From the NCBI GenBank assembly GCA_002384685.1, contig DGAZ01000043.1, positions 32,462-96,461 on the forward strand: a stretch of DNA of 64,000 nucleotides. The letters run 5' to 3'. The notes beneath the pieces are model-generated. The model made no database searches. It saw only the letters and a list, made by a program, of their open reading frames with translations, and was not told the origin of the DNA. The position numbers and the translations under genes are program-made. Each line of letters starts with the position of its first letter. Position 1 is the stretch's first letter. Shown in pieces: positions 29,838-40,144 of the stretch. Source of the DNA: Methylophilales bacterium UBA4017. Its GTDB lineage: Bacteria > Pseudomonadota > Gammaproteobacteria > Burkholderiales > Methylophilaceae.

Positions 29838-31920
29838 TTTATTAATAGAAATTCTTACCGAAGAACTGCCTCCGCTTTCACAGAAGGAATTAGGTGAAGC
29901 ATTTGCAAAGAGCATTACCCAATCCATCCTTGACCTTAAGCTAATAGAAACACTTGATTACGAAACATTCTCCACTCCACGAAGAATTGGGGTATTAGTT
30001 AAACAAGTCCTTTTATGTGGGGAAACCCAAAAGAAAAAAATTAAACTAATGCCAGCTAAAGTTGGCTTTAATGATGAAAATAAGCCTACCGATGCATTGA
30101 TCAAGAAACTTGCCTCGCTAGGTGAGAATGCATCAGCAACCAATAATATAGAGCTGGTTGAGGAAAATGGTCAATCAAACATATATCTAGAGAAAAGTTT
30201 TGTGGGTAAAAATCTAAATGAAGAATTGTCTGCAATTATTAACTATAGTCTAACGAATTTACCAATAAAAAAACTGATGAGCTATCAGCTAAATGATGGG
30301 TGGACAACCGTTAACTTTGTGAGGCCGGTGAAAAACATTCTAGCAGTCCATGGGAATAGACTGGTCGAGTTGGAATGCATGGGCTTAAAATCAGTGGCTT
30401 ATACCTATGGCCATAGGTTTCAATCAATGCATGATGTTATTCAAATAAAGGATGCGGACTTATACGAAAACATTATGCTAAGTGAAGGTGGCGTAATAGT
30501 ATGCTTTAACAAAAGAAAAGATAAAATTAAAAATGACTTAAATGCTGCAGTAAAAAAAATTGGTAGTAAATTTCATGCTATTCAAGATGAAAAATTGCTT
30601 GAAGAAGTAACGTCATTAGTTGAGATGCCAAATATTTTAATTGGCAGGTTTGAAAACCAATATCTAAATGTCCCTCAAGAGTGCTTAATACTAACAATGC
30701 AGTCCAACCAAAAATATTTTCCCATACTTAATGATGAAGGGGAATTAACCAACTCCTTTGTCATAGTTTCAAACATACACCCAAAAAACACACAGAACAT
30801 CGTAGAAGGAAATGAAAAAGTTATTAGGCCCAGACTTGCAGATGCAGAATTTTTTTACAAAAAAGACAAAGCTAATACATTAAAAAAATATTCTAAAAAC
30901 CTAAGATCCATTACCTATCACAATAAATTAGGCACACAACATGACAGAGCTTTAAGAGTTGCAAAATTGATGGAATTTATATCAAAAAAATTACATGTAG
31001 ATGATAATGTAAATTTTGAAAATCTAGCGCTGCATGCAAAAGCAGACCTGCTAAGCCTTATGGTTGGTGAATTTCCTGAACTACAAGGGGTCATCGGAAG
31101 GTATTATGCATTAGAAGAAAATCACAGCGACACTTTCGCCAATGCTATTGAGGATCACTATAAGCCAAAATTCTCTGGGGACAAGCTTCCTAAAGATCAG
31201 CTGGGGGACATGCTTGCCATAGCAGATAAGATTGAAACATTAATTAGTCTTTTCTCTATTGGAGAAAAACCAACAGGAGTAAAAGACCCTTTTGCGCTTA
31301 GAAGAAATGCAATTGGCCTTATTAGAATTTTAGCAGAAAAAAATATTTCCCTAGACCTGAATGAAATTTTGAACACTTTCTACCCAAGCTCTAATTCAAA
31401 TAATTTAAATGAATTGAAGGTATTTATTCAAGAACGACTCATTAATTATTTAAAAGATAAGGATTATACTTCTCAACAAGTTGAAGCGGTAGCTGGTGAG
31501 ATGCCAAATAACTTAAATAATATTCTTGAAAGAATAGATGCTGTTAAAACTTTTTCTGAATTTAATGAGTCAAAAAACTTAGCTTCTGCAAATAAAAGGG
31601 TGGTAAATATTCTGAGGAAATATAATTCAAATAACAATGAAGCTATAAATACATCACTTCTCATAGAGCCAGAAGAAAAAGTTCTCTTTAAATCGTTAAA
31701 TGAGACTAGCAAGCTTATAAGTGAGTTCATAAAAGCAGATAACTATGTCCAAGCATTAACGATGCTGATAAAGCTTAAAGAGCCAATTGATTTATTTTTT
31801 GACAAGATTATGGTAAATGCCGACGACGATGCAATTAAAGTGAATCGGCATAATTTACTGATACAGCTCCATAAAGAGATGAATTGCGTTGCAGACATCT
31901 CTAAGCTATCCAACCAATGA
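29824..31920 (+). CDS. glyS: Glycine-tRNA ligase beta subunit
   Basis: [38 protein letters not shown]. Confidence 0.96.
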   Translation: MQKNNLLIEILTEELPPLSQKELGEAFAKSITQSILDLKLIETLDYETFSTPRRIGVLVKQVLLCGETQKKKIKLMPAKVGFNDENKPTDALIKKLASLGENASATNNIELVEENGQSNIYLEKSFVGKNLNEELSAIINYSLTNLPIKKLMSYQLNDGWTTVNFVRPVKNILAVHGNRLVELECMGLKSVAYTYGHRFQSMHDVIQIKDADLYENIMLSEGGVIVCFNKRKDKIKNDLNAAVKKIGSKFHAIQDEKLLEEVTSLVEMPNILIGRFENQYLNVPQECLILTMQSNQKYFPILNDEGELTNSFVIVSNIHPKNTQNIVEGNEKVIRPRLADAEFFYKKDKANTLKKYSKNLRSITYHNKLGTQHDRALRVAKLMEFISKKLHVDDNVNFENLALHAKADLLSLMVGEFPELQGVIGRYYALEENHSDTFANAIEDHYKPKFSGDKLPKDQLGDMLAIADKIETLISLFSIGEKPTGVKDPFALRRNAIGLIRILAEKNISLDLNEILNTFYPSSNSNNLNELKVFIQERLINYLKDKDYTSQQVEAVAGEMPNNLNNILERIDAVKTFSEFNESKNLASANKRVVNILRKYNSNNNEAINTSLLIEPEEKVLFKSLNETSKLISEFIKADNYVQALTMLIKLKEPIDLFFDKIMVNADDDAIKVNRHNLLIQLHKEMNCVADISKLSNQ

Positions 31921-32459
31921 AGCTTGTAATATTAGATCGCGATGGAGTCATCAATCAAGATAGTGCTAACTACATAAAAAGTCCTAATGAATGGATTCCA
32001 ATACCTAATAGTCTGGAAGCGATTTCCCTGTTAAATCAAAATGGATATTCTGTTGTGATAGCTACTAATCAATCAGGGGTTGGGAGAGGGCTTTATGGTA
32101 TTGAAGAGCTTAATAACATTCATTCAAAAATGTTAAAAATGCTTGCTGAACTTGGTGGGTCAATTGATGCAATATTTTATTGTACCCACACAGACGAAGA
32201 TCATTGCAGTTGTCGCAAACCAAAACCAGGAATGCTTATGGAAATAAAAAATAGGTTTTCAGTTTCATTTGAGAGTATCTGTGGGGTTGGAGATTCATTA
32301 AGAGATTTACAAGCCTATGAACAAGTTGGCATGCAACCTATTCTAGTTAAAACTGGAAATGGTGAAAAGACCTTTTTGGAAAATAAGTACCCTAAGACCT
32401 CCTTAGTTTTTGAAGATCTTTTTGAGGCAGCCACAAAGATTATTGAGGGACATAAATGA
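31917..32459 (+). CDS. gmhB: D-glycero-D-manno-heptose-1,7-bisphosphate phosphatase
   Basis: LDRDGVIN, TNQSG, C.H....C.CRKPKPG. Confidence 0.93.
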   Translation: MKLVILDRDGVINQDSANYIKSPNEWIPIPNSLEAISLLNQNGYSVVIATNQSGVGRGLYGIEELNNIHSKMLKMLAELGGSIDAIFYCTHTDEDHCSCRKPKPGMLMEIKNRFSVSFESICGVGDSLRDLQAYEQVGMQPILVKTGNGEKTFLENKYPKTSLVFEDLFEAATKIIEGHK

Positions 32460-33166
32460 TCGTAGTAATTCGATCCTTGATTTTTCAGCTCGGAATGTTG
32501 TTATTTACAGTTCCATTTACCTTTTTAGCTACAAGCACAATCTTTTTTACTCCCGTCAATAGAAATAAATTTATATCCCTGTGGGCCAAAGCGATGTTGC
32601 TATGGCTTAAATTTACTTGCAATTTATCATTCACGGTTTTAGGGACTGAAAATATTCCCAGATCCCCTTGTATTATTTTCTCCAAACATCAATCTGCTTG
32701 GGAAACATTAGCTTTGCAAAAAATTTTTCCTCCTCAAGTTTGGGTTCTAAAAAGAGAATTATTATGGCTCCCTTTTTTTGGGTGGGGATTAGCAATGACT
32801 TCACCAATAGCCATAAATAGACGAGCAGGGAGGAGATCATTAGATCAGATACTCAGTCAAGGCATAGATCGAATTAAAAAAGGTTTTTTTGTAGTAATAT
32901 TTCCAGAAGGAACTAGGTCAAAACCTTTAGAGAGTGGAAAGTATCATATAGGAGGCGCTTGGCTTGCTACACAATCAAAATTAGATGTTATTCCAGTAGC
33001 TCATAATGCTGGGTTCTATTGGTCAAAAAATTCTTTTATTAAAAAACCAGGTGTAATTAAAGTTATTATTGGTAAACCAATAAAATCCGAAGGCTTAAAG
33101 GCTGATCAATTAAACGGTGTTGCAAAAAAATGGATTGAAGAAACAATGCTTAAAATAAATGTTTAA
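32456..33166 (+). CDS. plsC: 1-acyl-sn-glycerol-3-phosphate acyltransferase
   Basis: KHQSAWET, LKREL, FPEGTR. Confidence 0.88.
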   Translation: MIVVIRSLIFQLGMLLFTVPFTFLATSTIFFTPVNRNKFISLWAKAMLLWLKFTCNLSFTVLGTENIPRSPCIIFSKHQSAWETLALQKIFPPQVWVLKRELLWLPFFGWGLAMTSPIAINRRAGRRSLDQILSQGIDRIKKGFFVVIFPEGTRSKPLESGKYHIGGAWLATQSKLDVIPVAHNAGFYWSKNSFIKKPGVIKVIIGKPIKSEGLKADQLNGVAKKWIEETMLKINV

Positions 33167-33878
33167 TTTTAGCGCAACTGAATCGGTAACATTAAGTAAT
33201 GGTGAAACAATTCACTATCTACTTAAAAGACGACAAAGACGCTCATTAGGTCTAAAGGTTACTTTTGATGGTCTTGTTGTTCATGCACCTTTTCTAATGA
33301 GTAAAAATAAAATAAATGCATTGTTGTTAAATAAAACCAAATGGTTGTTATCGAAAATCCGCTCCATCGAACCAAGCCCACCCTCTTTCAGTATTTCCAA
33401 TAATGAAACCTTTGAATTGCTAGGCTGCGAAATTTCTATTAAGACTAAGATCGGATCAATAAGAATAATTAATATATCAAGCAATATCTGCTCTATAACA
33501 TACAAAGAGAATGATAGTGATGCGCAGGTTAAACAATTTTTTCATAGATGGCTTAAGCAATATGCTTTAGATTTTTTTTCAGAAAGGGTGCAATTTTATT
33601 GTAAAAAAAATGGGTTCACGAGTGGAAAAGTGTTTATCTCTAACGCTAAAACCAGATGGGGTACATGCAACAGTAAAACTGATATACGATTAAACTGGAG
33701 GCTAATTCAAGCTCCTTTAGATGTAATTGATTATGTGATTTGTCACGAGCTATCTCATACAAGATTCATGAATCATTCTCACCAGTTCTGGCACCTAGTT
33801 TCTTCTGTATGCCCTAACTACAAAGTCTCAGAGACTTACTTAAAAAATCAAGGACTTAGTCTTTACAGATTAGATTGA
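33159..33878 (+). CDS. YgjP/DUF45 zinc metallohydrolase
   Basis: RWGTC, IDYVICHELSH, NHS..FW. Confidence 0.88.
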   Translation: MFNFSATESVTLSNGETIHYLLKRRQRRSLGLKVTFDGLVVHAPFLMSKNKINALLLNKTKWLLSKIRSIEPSPPSFSISNNETFELLGCEISIKTKIGSIRIINISSNICSITYKENDSDAQVKQFFHRWLKQYALDFFSERVQFYCKKNGFTSGKVFISNAKTRWGTCNSKTDIRLNWRLIQAPLDVIDYVICHELSHTRFMNHSHQFWHLVSSVCPNYKVSETYLKNQGLSLYRLD

Positions 33879-34445
33879 GATTAGATGCTGTATGTCTTCA
33901 ATAATACTTTCAACTTTTGAGCCGTAGGGGTGCCTAACCCTTATCTTTCCGTCTTTGTCAATAATGTAAATCCCAGAAGAATGGTCGATAGTGTATGAGT
34001 CTCCCTCGCCTACTTTCATGTGAAAAATCTTATATTGACTTGCTACCCTATTAATATCCTCTTGCGAGCCTGTCAGTCCAATAAAACTTTTATCAAACGA
34101 AGGTACATAGCTATTTAGAAGGCTTTGGTTGTCTCTTTCAGGATCTAAGGTAATAAATATAACTTGAAGCTTATCGCTCTGCTTACCAAGACTTTCTTTA
34201 ATAAATTTTAATTCCTGCATAGAGGTAGGGCAAATATCAGGGCAATGTGTAAATCCAAAAAAGATAGCAACGACAGACCCTTTAAAATCAGTAATTTTTT
34301 TTATTTCACCGGTATGGGATAAAAGTTCGAAGCTGGAATTTAGATTGGCATTTGATATATCCGAGCCATTGAACTTAAATTCTGCATTTTTAGCACAGGA
34401 TACTAATATCAAAGAAAAGATAATAAAAAAAATATTTTTAATCAT
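33870..34445 (-). CDS. SCO1/SenC copper chaperone lipoprotein
   Basis: Lipobox LVSC, FGFTHCPDICP, DPERD, conserved His in IDHS; start moved to ATG 34445. Confidence 0.92.
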   Translation of the reverse strand: MIKNIFFIIFSLILVSCAKNAEFKFNGSDISNANLNSSFELLSHTGEIKKITDFKGSVVAIFFGFTHCPDICPTSMQELKFIKESLGKQSDKLQVIFITLDPERDNQSLLNSYVPSFDKSFIGLTGSQEDINRVASQYKIFHMKVGEGDSYTIDHSSGIYIIDKDGKIRVRHPYGSKVESIIEDIQHLISI

Positions 34446-34533
34446 AGATGTTCCTCTAAAGGTCAAATCATTTTATCATGCTATCTTATGTCAATAAGAA
34501 CGTATAAGCGTTCAATTTAAAAGGATCAATTTA

Positions 34534-35469
34534 ATGGCTATACCTAGCTCAATGGAAGATAGAGATGGTTTAATATGGTATGACGACAAACTAGTGCCAT
34601 GGAGAGAGGCAAAGACCCACGTTTTAACCCATACACTTCACTACGGCCTTGGAGTCTTTGAGGGTGTGAGAGCATATGAAGCTAAAGATGGTACAGCTAT
34701 TTTTAGATTGCATGATCATACAGAACGGCTCTTTAATTCAGCTCATATTGTTGGTATGAAGATGCCTTTTTCCAAAAATATAATCAACGATGCTCATAAG
34801 AAGTCGGTAAAGGAAAATAATCTCAAATCTGGTTACATTAGACCTATGGCTTTTTATGGTTCAGAGGCTATGGGCATATCAGCAACCACTCTTTCAACAC
34901 ACGTTATTGTTGCCGCATGGAGCTGGGGTGCATATATGGGTCAAGAGGCAATTGATAAAGGGATAAATGTAAAAACTTCATCCTTCTCAAGGCATCACGT
35001 AAACGTAACAATGTGTAAAGCCAAAGCCAATGGTAACTATATGAACTCAATACTTGCTCATCAAGAAGCAACTGCTGATGGCTACCAAGAGGCGCTTATG
35101 TTAGATACTCAAGGCTATGTTTGTGAGGGGTCAGGGGAGAATATTTTTATAGTCAAAAAAGGCAAGCTCTACACGCCAACACTTTCAAGTGCTCTTGAGG
35201 GCATTACACGAGATACAGTAATAACAATTGCTAAAGATTTAGGTATCGATGTAATTGAAAAAAGCATTACTCGGGACGAGGTTTACACGGCAGATGAAGC
35301 TTTCTTTACTGGAACAGCGGCAGAGGTAACACCTATAAAACAATTAGATCGAAGAAATATCGGCTCTGGGAGTAAAGGTGAGATTACCGATAAGATTCAG
35401 AGTATTTACTTTGATATTGTCTTTGGAAGAAATGAAAAGTACAAAAAGTGGTTAAGTTATATTGATTAA
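34534..35469 (+). CDS. ilvE: Branched-chain amino acid aminotransferase
   Basis: LHYG.GVFEG.RAY, AKANGNY, EGSGENIF, LEGITR, GTAAEVTP. Confidence 0.96.
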   Translation: MAIPSSMEDRDGLIWYDDKLVPWREAKTHVLTHTLHYGLGVFEGVRAYEAKDGTAIFRLHDHTERLFNSAHIVGMKMPFSKNIINDAHKKSVKENNLKSGYIRPMAFYGSEAMGISATTLSTHVIVAAWSWGAYMGQEAIDKGINVKTSSFSRHHVNVTMCKAKANGNYMNSILAHQEATADGYQEALMLDTQGYVCEGSGENIFIVKKGKLYTPTLSSALEGITRDTVITIAKDLGIDVIEKSITRDEVYTADEAFFTGTAAEVTPIKQLDRRNIGSGSKGEITDKIQSIYFDIVFGRNEKYKKWLSYID

Positions 35470-35635
35470 AAAAACTCGAAAAACTATTCTAATTAAAAAA
35501 AATGAATTACCTGCTTTTTGCCCGCCAAAAAACAAAGATTCTTGGGCTATGCACCCAAGAGTTTTTATTGATCTAGAACAAAATAAAGAGGCTAATTGTC
35601 CTTATTGTGGAGCATCATACGCAATTATAGACTAG
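35462..35635 (+). CDS. Small zf-CHCC zinc-finger protein, 57 aa (not in ORF track)
   Basis: Manual translation MIKKTRKTILIKKNELPAFCPPKNKDSWAMHPRVFIDLEQNKEANCPYCGASYAIID; TTG start overlaps the ilvE end. Confidence 0.85.
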   Translation: MIKKTRKTILIKKNELPAFCPPKNKDSWAMHPRVFIDLEQNKEANCPYCGASYAIID

Positions 35636-36431
35636 TAAATGACCTGCTAAATATAAAGCTATTTTTCATACTAGGTACTAGCAATTCAATTGATCCATTA
35701 ATATCATTACCATTTGAATAAACCAAAGGGCTCGAAGGTGAGCTCTCTAGGCTAGCTAGATTTTTTTCCTTAAGTATGCGCTCAACATGAAGAGCAACGG
35801 CTAATCCAGTATCAATAACTGATACCATGCCAGAAAAGTAATCCTCTACAATTTTTTTAATAAAAACATAATGTGTACACCCCAAAACAATTACGTCTAC
35901 CTTATTGTTCTTTAAAGGCAATAAATATGAGTGTATTAATCTTTTGATTAGATCGGAGTGTATTTCACCTTTCTCAATAAGCTCCACTAAACCTGCGCAT
36001 GGCTGAACATAGAAAATAGCTTCGCCCTCGTAATTCTCTAACAGCGCTATAAATTTAGCACTTTTAAGTGTTCCTTCGGTAGCAAGGATACCGATTTTTT
36101 TCTTTTTGCTAGCAGAAATTGCAGGCTTGACTGCAGGCTCCATACCAACAATAGGTAGACAATATTTTTCTCTTAACTCATGAATGCATGCCGCCGTTGC
36201 CGTGTTGCATGCAACAACAAGCAACTTAATATTATGGTGTTGAGTAAGGAAGTCGGTAATAATAAACGCCCTTCTTTTAATGTCTGAAGAGGTCATTTGT
36301 CCGTATGGTGCGTATTTCGAGTCAGCAACATATATAAGCCTTTCATTTGGCAACACGTGCTGCAACCTCTCTAGAACCGATAGACCGCCAACGCCGGAAT
36401 CAAAAATACCAATGGATGGAATGTTTTTCAT
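35625..36431 (-). CDS. murI: Glutamate racemase
   Basis: IGIFDSGVGGLSV, VACNTA, LGCTHY; start moved to ATG 36431. Confidence 0.95.
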   Translation of the reverse strand: MKNIPSIGIFDSGVGGLSVLERLQHVLPNERLIYVADSKYAPYGQMTSSDIKRRAFIITDFLTQHHNIKLLVVACNTATAACIHELREKYCLPIVGMEPAVKPAISASKKKKIGILATEGTLKSAKFIALLENYEGEAIFYVQPCAGLVELIEKGEIHSDLIKRLIHSYLLPLKNNKVDVIVLGCTHYVFIKKIVEDYFSGMVSVIDTGLAVALHVERILKEKNLASLESSPSSPLVYSNGNDINGSIELLVPSMKNSFIFSRSFTSL

Positions 36432-36496
36432 ATTTATATAAAGTTTTATAAATGGCTTACCAAAAGCTTTAATGTACAATATCTTAAAGGAAAATT

Positions 36497-37042
36497 ATGG
36501 CAAATAGATTAACACATATTTATACCAAGACAGGGGATGCAGGGAAAACTGGTCTTGGCGACGGGTCAAGAGTAGAGAAATTTAATGCGCGTATTGATGG
36601 GTTAGGAAGTATTGATGAATTAAACTCTATTTTAGGAATTATTCTTACAGAAGATATTGATACTAAACTCAAAGACACACTTATTAGAATTCAGCACCAT
36701 TTATTTGATATTGGAGGGGAACTCTCAATACCAAACCATATTAAGATTGTTGCTGAAAAAGTAATATTCTTAGAAGGTCATATTGATGAAATGAATGCTG
36801 TCCTTTCTCCCCTAAAAGAATTTATTCTTCCTGGTGGATCGAAGGCTGCAGCAGTTTGTCATCATGCACGGACAGTATGCAGAAGGGTCGAGCGAATATT
36901 ATTCAAACTCAAGGAAACAGATAAAATTAATGATATTTCATTGCAATATATTAATCGCTTATCCGACTTCCTGTTTGTTTTTGCAAGGTACATTAATCAT
37001 TCTAAAAAAATTAATGATATTTACTGGCAAAAAAATATTTAA
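36497..37042 (+). CDS. PduO-type cob(I)alamin adenosyltransferase
   Basis: IYTKTGD.G.T, DELNS, FILPGG, RTVCRR.ER, NRLSDFLF. Confidence 0.92.
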   Translation: MANRLTHIYTKTGDAGKTGLGDGSRVEKFNARIDGLGSIDELNSILGIILTEDIDTKLKDTLIRIQHHLFDIGGELSIPNHIKIVAEKVIFLEGHIDEMNAVLSPLKEFILPGGSKAAAVCHHARTVCRRVERILFKLKETDKINDISLQYINRLSDFLFVFARYINHSKKINDIYWQKNI

Positions 37043-37051
37043 TACTACTTC

Positions 37052-38287
37052 ATGAAAAGTAATTTTATCGAAGCCGTTAAGTGCGGTGTTAAATCGCTAT
37101 TTAGCTCCCAAAAAATTGATGAGAGCAAAATATCTAAACATGCGATTGAAATCATAAAAGTTCTTCAAAAGAACAATTATGAGGCTTATATCGTCGGCGG
37201 AGCAATTCGAGATATTTTGATGGACAAAAATCCAAAAGATTTTGATATTGCGACCAACGCAACCCCTGAACAAATAAGGCATTTATTTCGAAGGTCTCGA
37301 ATAATTGGTAGGAGGTTTAAGCTGGTCCATGTTATAGATGGACGAGATATTATAGAAGTCTCAACATTTCGAGCGCAACCCCACAATAAAGAAGTCATGT
37401 CTAATGGAGTAACAAAGGATAATGAGTATGGCACGTTAAAAGAAGATGCCGAGAGAAGAGACTTTACTTGCAATTCTATTTATTATAATCCTGCAACAAG
37501 AAAAGTGATTGACTTTTATGGTGGTGTAAAAGATATAAAAGAAAAAAAATTATCAATGATCGGTGATCCAAAAATAAGGTTTGATGAAGATCCTGTAAGA
37601 ATACTCAGAGCTATTAGGTTTTCTGCAAAGCTAAATTTAAAAATAGATAAAAATATTATAGAAGCGATAGAGTCAAAAAAGACTCAGCTCCAATCGATAC
37701 CTTACTCAAGGTTATTTGACGAGATTATGAAGTTATTTCTTACTGGGCATGCTTTGCAAAGCATAGATCTATTTAATAAATTCAACCTTTCGAACTATTA
37801 TTTTCCTTCTTTTAAGTCAACAGATCCGAAAACTCAATCCTTTTTATTAAAAGGTCTTAGTGATACGGATATGAGAATTCATAGCAATAAGTCAGTTAAT
37901 CCTGGCTTCCTTTTATCAGTCTTTTTATGGAAAGAAGTTAAGGAGGTTTGGGGGAAAAGGAACAAAACATCAATTAATTCAACAGTAGCTCTTAATGATG
38001 CAATTGAATATGTTCTAGAAAAACAATCTAAAATATTCCCTATTCAAAAAAGATTTGGCGTCACTATGAGCGAAATTTGGAGATTGCAACCAAGGTTTGG
38101 TAAGCTGCACCCTAAGCGTATTTATCGTTTACTAGGTCATCCTCGCTTCAGGGCAGCCTATGACTTTATGTTGCTAAGAGATTATCATGGGGAAGTTGAG
38201 CCAGGACTCTGTGGGTGGTGGACAAATTTTATAGCAGCAGATGAAAAAACTAAAGGCGTATTGTTACAAAATATTAAGCTTAAATGA
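37052..38287 (+). CDS. pcnB: Poly(A) polymerase I
   Basis: VGGAIRD, PKDFD, IIGRRF.LVHV signature, RRDFT, HPRFRAAYDF. Confidence 0.94.
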   Translation: MKSNFIEAVKCGVKSLFSSQKIDESKISKHAIEIIKVLQKNNYEAYIVGGAIRDILMDKNPKDFDIATNATPEQIRHLFRRSRIIGRRFKLVHVIDGRDIIEVSTFRAQPHNKEVMSNGVTKDNEYGTLKEDAERRDFTCNSIYYNPATRKVIDFYGGVKDIKEKKLSMIGDPKIRFDEDPVRILRAIRFSAKLNLKIDKNIIEAIESKKTQLQSIPYSRLFDEIMKLFLTGHALQSIDLFNKFNLSNYYFPSFKSTDPKTQSFLLKGLSDTDMRIHSNKSVNPGFLLSVFLWKEVKEVWGKRNKTSINSTVALNDAIEYVLEKQSKIFPIQKRFGVTMSEIWRLQPRFGKLHPKRIYRLLGHPRFRAAYDFMLLRDYHGEVEPGLCGWWTNFIAADEKTKGVLLQNIKLK

Positions 38288-38763
38288 AAAATATATTTAT
38301 TGGGATAGGAAGTAATTTAATTGACCCAAAAAAACAGGTTCTTGACGCTATAAATAAAATTAGTACAATCGATGGGGTTGAGATTCTAAGCCAATCAAGC
38401 CTGTATGAAACAGCGCCAGTAGGGATCCTAGACCAGCCTAACTTTATTAACGCAGCTATTAAAATTTGTTTTGATGGTAGTCCTCATAAATTGCTTAACC
38501 ATTTATTAGAAATAGAAGGCTTGTTCGGTAGGATTAGAAAAGAAAAAAATGGTCCTAGAACGCTCGATTTAGATATATTATTATTTAATAAAACTAAAAT
38601 TGCGGAAGATGATTTAATGATCCCTCACCCACGAATGCATCAAAGACTTTTTGTCTTGCTTCCGCTTCAAGAGATTGCCCCAAATATTGATATTGGCGAA
38701 CATGGTTCAATTAATGATTTAATACATAAGGCTCCTAAAGATATTGTGGAAAAAATATTCTAA
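38284..38763 (+). CDS. folK: 6-hydroxymethyl-7,8-dihydropterin pyrophosphokinase
   Basis: IGSNL, GPRTLDLDIL, IPHPRM..R.FVL.PL. Confidence 0.96.
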   Translation: MKNIFIGIGSNLIDPKKQVLDAINKISTIDGVEILSQSSLYETAPVGILDQPNFINAAIKICFDGSPHKLLNHLLEIEGLFGRIRKEKNGPRTLDLDILLFNKTKIAEDDLMIPHPRMHQRLFVLLPLQEIAPNIDIGEHGSINDLIHKAPKDIVEKIF

Positions 38764-39410
38764 TGAATATTTTTAATAAATACCCCTATATTGTCGTTGA
38801 GGGTCCAATAGGCTCAGGAAAATCGACATTAGCTAGGCTTCTGGCAAGCCAATTCCATGCAAATATGTTTTCAGAGAAGGCCGAAAGAAACCCTTTTCTT
38901 CCTAAATTCTATGAAGACATGAAACATTACGCGCTACCGACACAGCTATTCTTTCTTTTTCAACGGGCTAATCAAATTAATGAGCTTAAACAGCAGGATT
39001 TTTTTAGGAATGGGGTAGTTGCAGATTTTTTCTTGCAAAAAGATCCTATTTTTGCTCGACTAAATCTTGATAATGAGGAATTTAAGCTTTACGATCAAAT
39101 ATATAAACATCTTGAGATTAAGGCGCCAACTCCTGACCTGGTTATTTATCTTCAAACACCGGTTGATCTCCTAAGAGCAAGAGTTGAGAAGCGGAATATA
39201 GGGTATGAACAAAAGATCTCTACAGAGTACCTTGAAAGAATAGCTGAATCATATAGTAGCTATTTTCATAATGACCATAATTCAAACGTACTAATTGTAA
39301 ACAATGAAAGCTTAGATATTCTTAAAGATAAATCTTCATTAAATATGCTAATTGAAAGAATCTTGTCAATTTCTAGTATCAGAGAATACTTTAATCCCAA
39401 GCTCACCTAA
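38763..39410 (+). CDS. Deoxynucleoside kinase family protein
   Basis: VEGPIGSGKST, NPFL..FY, PDLVIYLQ. Confidence 0.9.
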   Translation: MNIFNKYPYIVVEGPIGSGKSTLARLLASQFHANMFSEKAERNPFLPKFYEDMKHYALPTQLFFLFQRANQINELKQQDFFRNGVVADFFLQKDPIFARLNLDNEEFKLYDQIYKHLEIKAPTPDLVIYLQTPVDLLRARVEKRNIGYEQKISTEYLERIAESYSSYFHNDHNSNVLIVNNESLDILKDKSSLNMLIERILSISSIREYFNPKLT

Positions 39411-39411
39411 A

Positions 39412-40128
39412 ATGAATCGCATCGAAAAATTACAATCAAAAAAGAAGATTACTATTATCACTTGCTATGACGCAAGCTTTGCAGGATGGCTCGAAAAAAA
39501 TAAATGTGATGCTTTGCTAGTTGGTGACTCGCTAGGTATCTATGTCAAAGGAGAAATCTCTACTAAGACAGTGTTATTAGATGAGCTGCTTTACCACACA
39601 AAGGCAGTCAAGTCTGGGGCCAAATCTATCCCGATTATTTCAGACATGCCTTACGGTACTTTCAATACAAAACGAATGGCGCTGCAAAATGCGTCCAAAA
39701 TAATTGATGCGGGTGCTGATATGGTAAAAATTGAAGGTGATATAGAGATTTATCCAATCATTGATCATCTGACCGAACATGGCATAAGAGTATGCGGACA
39801 TATAGGTTTCACACCTCAAACCATAGATAAGCCCAAAAAACATTACGATCCAAAGGCTTTTCTAGCTAAGGCAAAAAGTATTGAGGCATGTGGTGCAAGC
39901 ATGATTGTTTTGTCTATGATGGGTGAAAGAGTGGATGCCCTTATAACTAAAAATTTAAATATACCAACCATTAGCTTCCGGTCATCAGACAGTTGTGACG
40001 GCTGTGTTGAAATTCTTCATGATCTTCTGGGGATATCTAGCAATTCCTATGTCTTTAAAAGGAATGGGATAAAAAAGCATAATGATTCTTCCGAAGCACT
40101 TGTCCAAAAATTTTTAAAAAAGGTCTAG
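39412..40128 (+). CDS. panB: Ketopantoate hydroxymethyltransferase homolog with degenerate C-terminal half
   Basis: TCYD, LLVGDSLG, DMPY, VKIEG, GHIGFTPQ retained; VLE and IGIGAG motifs replaced; start ATG 39412. Confidence 0.85.
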   Translation: MNRIEKLQSKKKITIITCYDASFAGWLEKNKCDALLVGDSLGIYVKGEISTKTVLLDELLYHTKAVKSGAKSIPIISDMPYGTFNTKRMALQNASKIIDAGADMVKIEGDIEIYPIIDHLTEHGIRVCGHIGFTPQTIDKPKKHYDPKAFLAKAKSIEACGASMIVLSMMGERVDALITKNLNIPTISFRSSDSCDGCVEILHDLLGISSNSYVFKRNGIKKHNDSSEALVQKFLKKV

Positions 40129-40144
40129 TTTTGAGTTTACTCTT

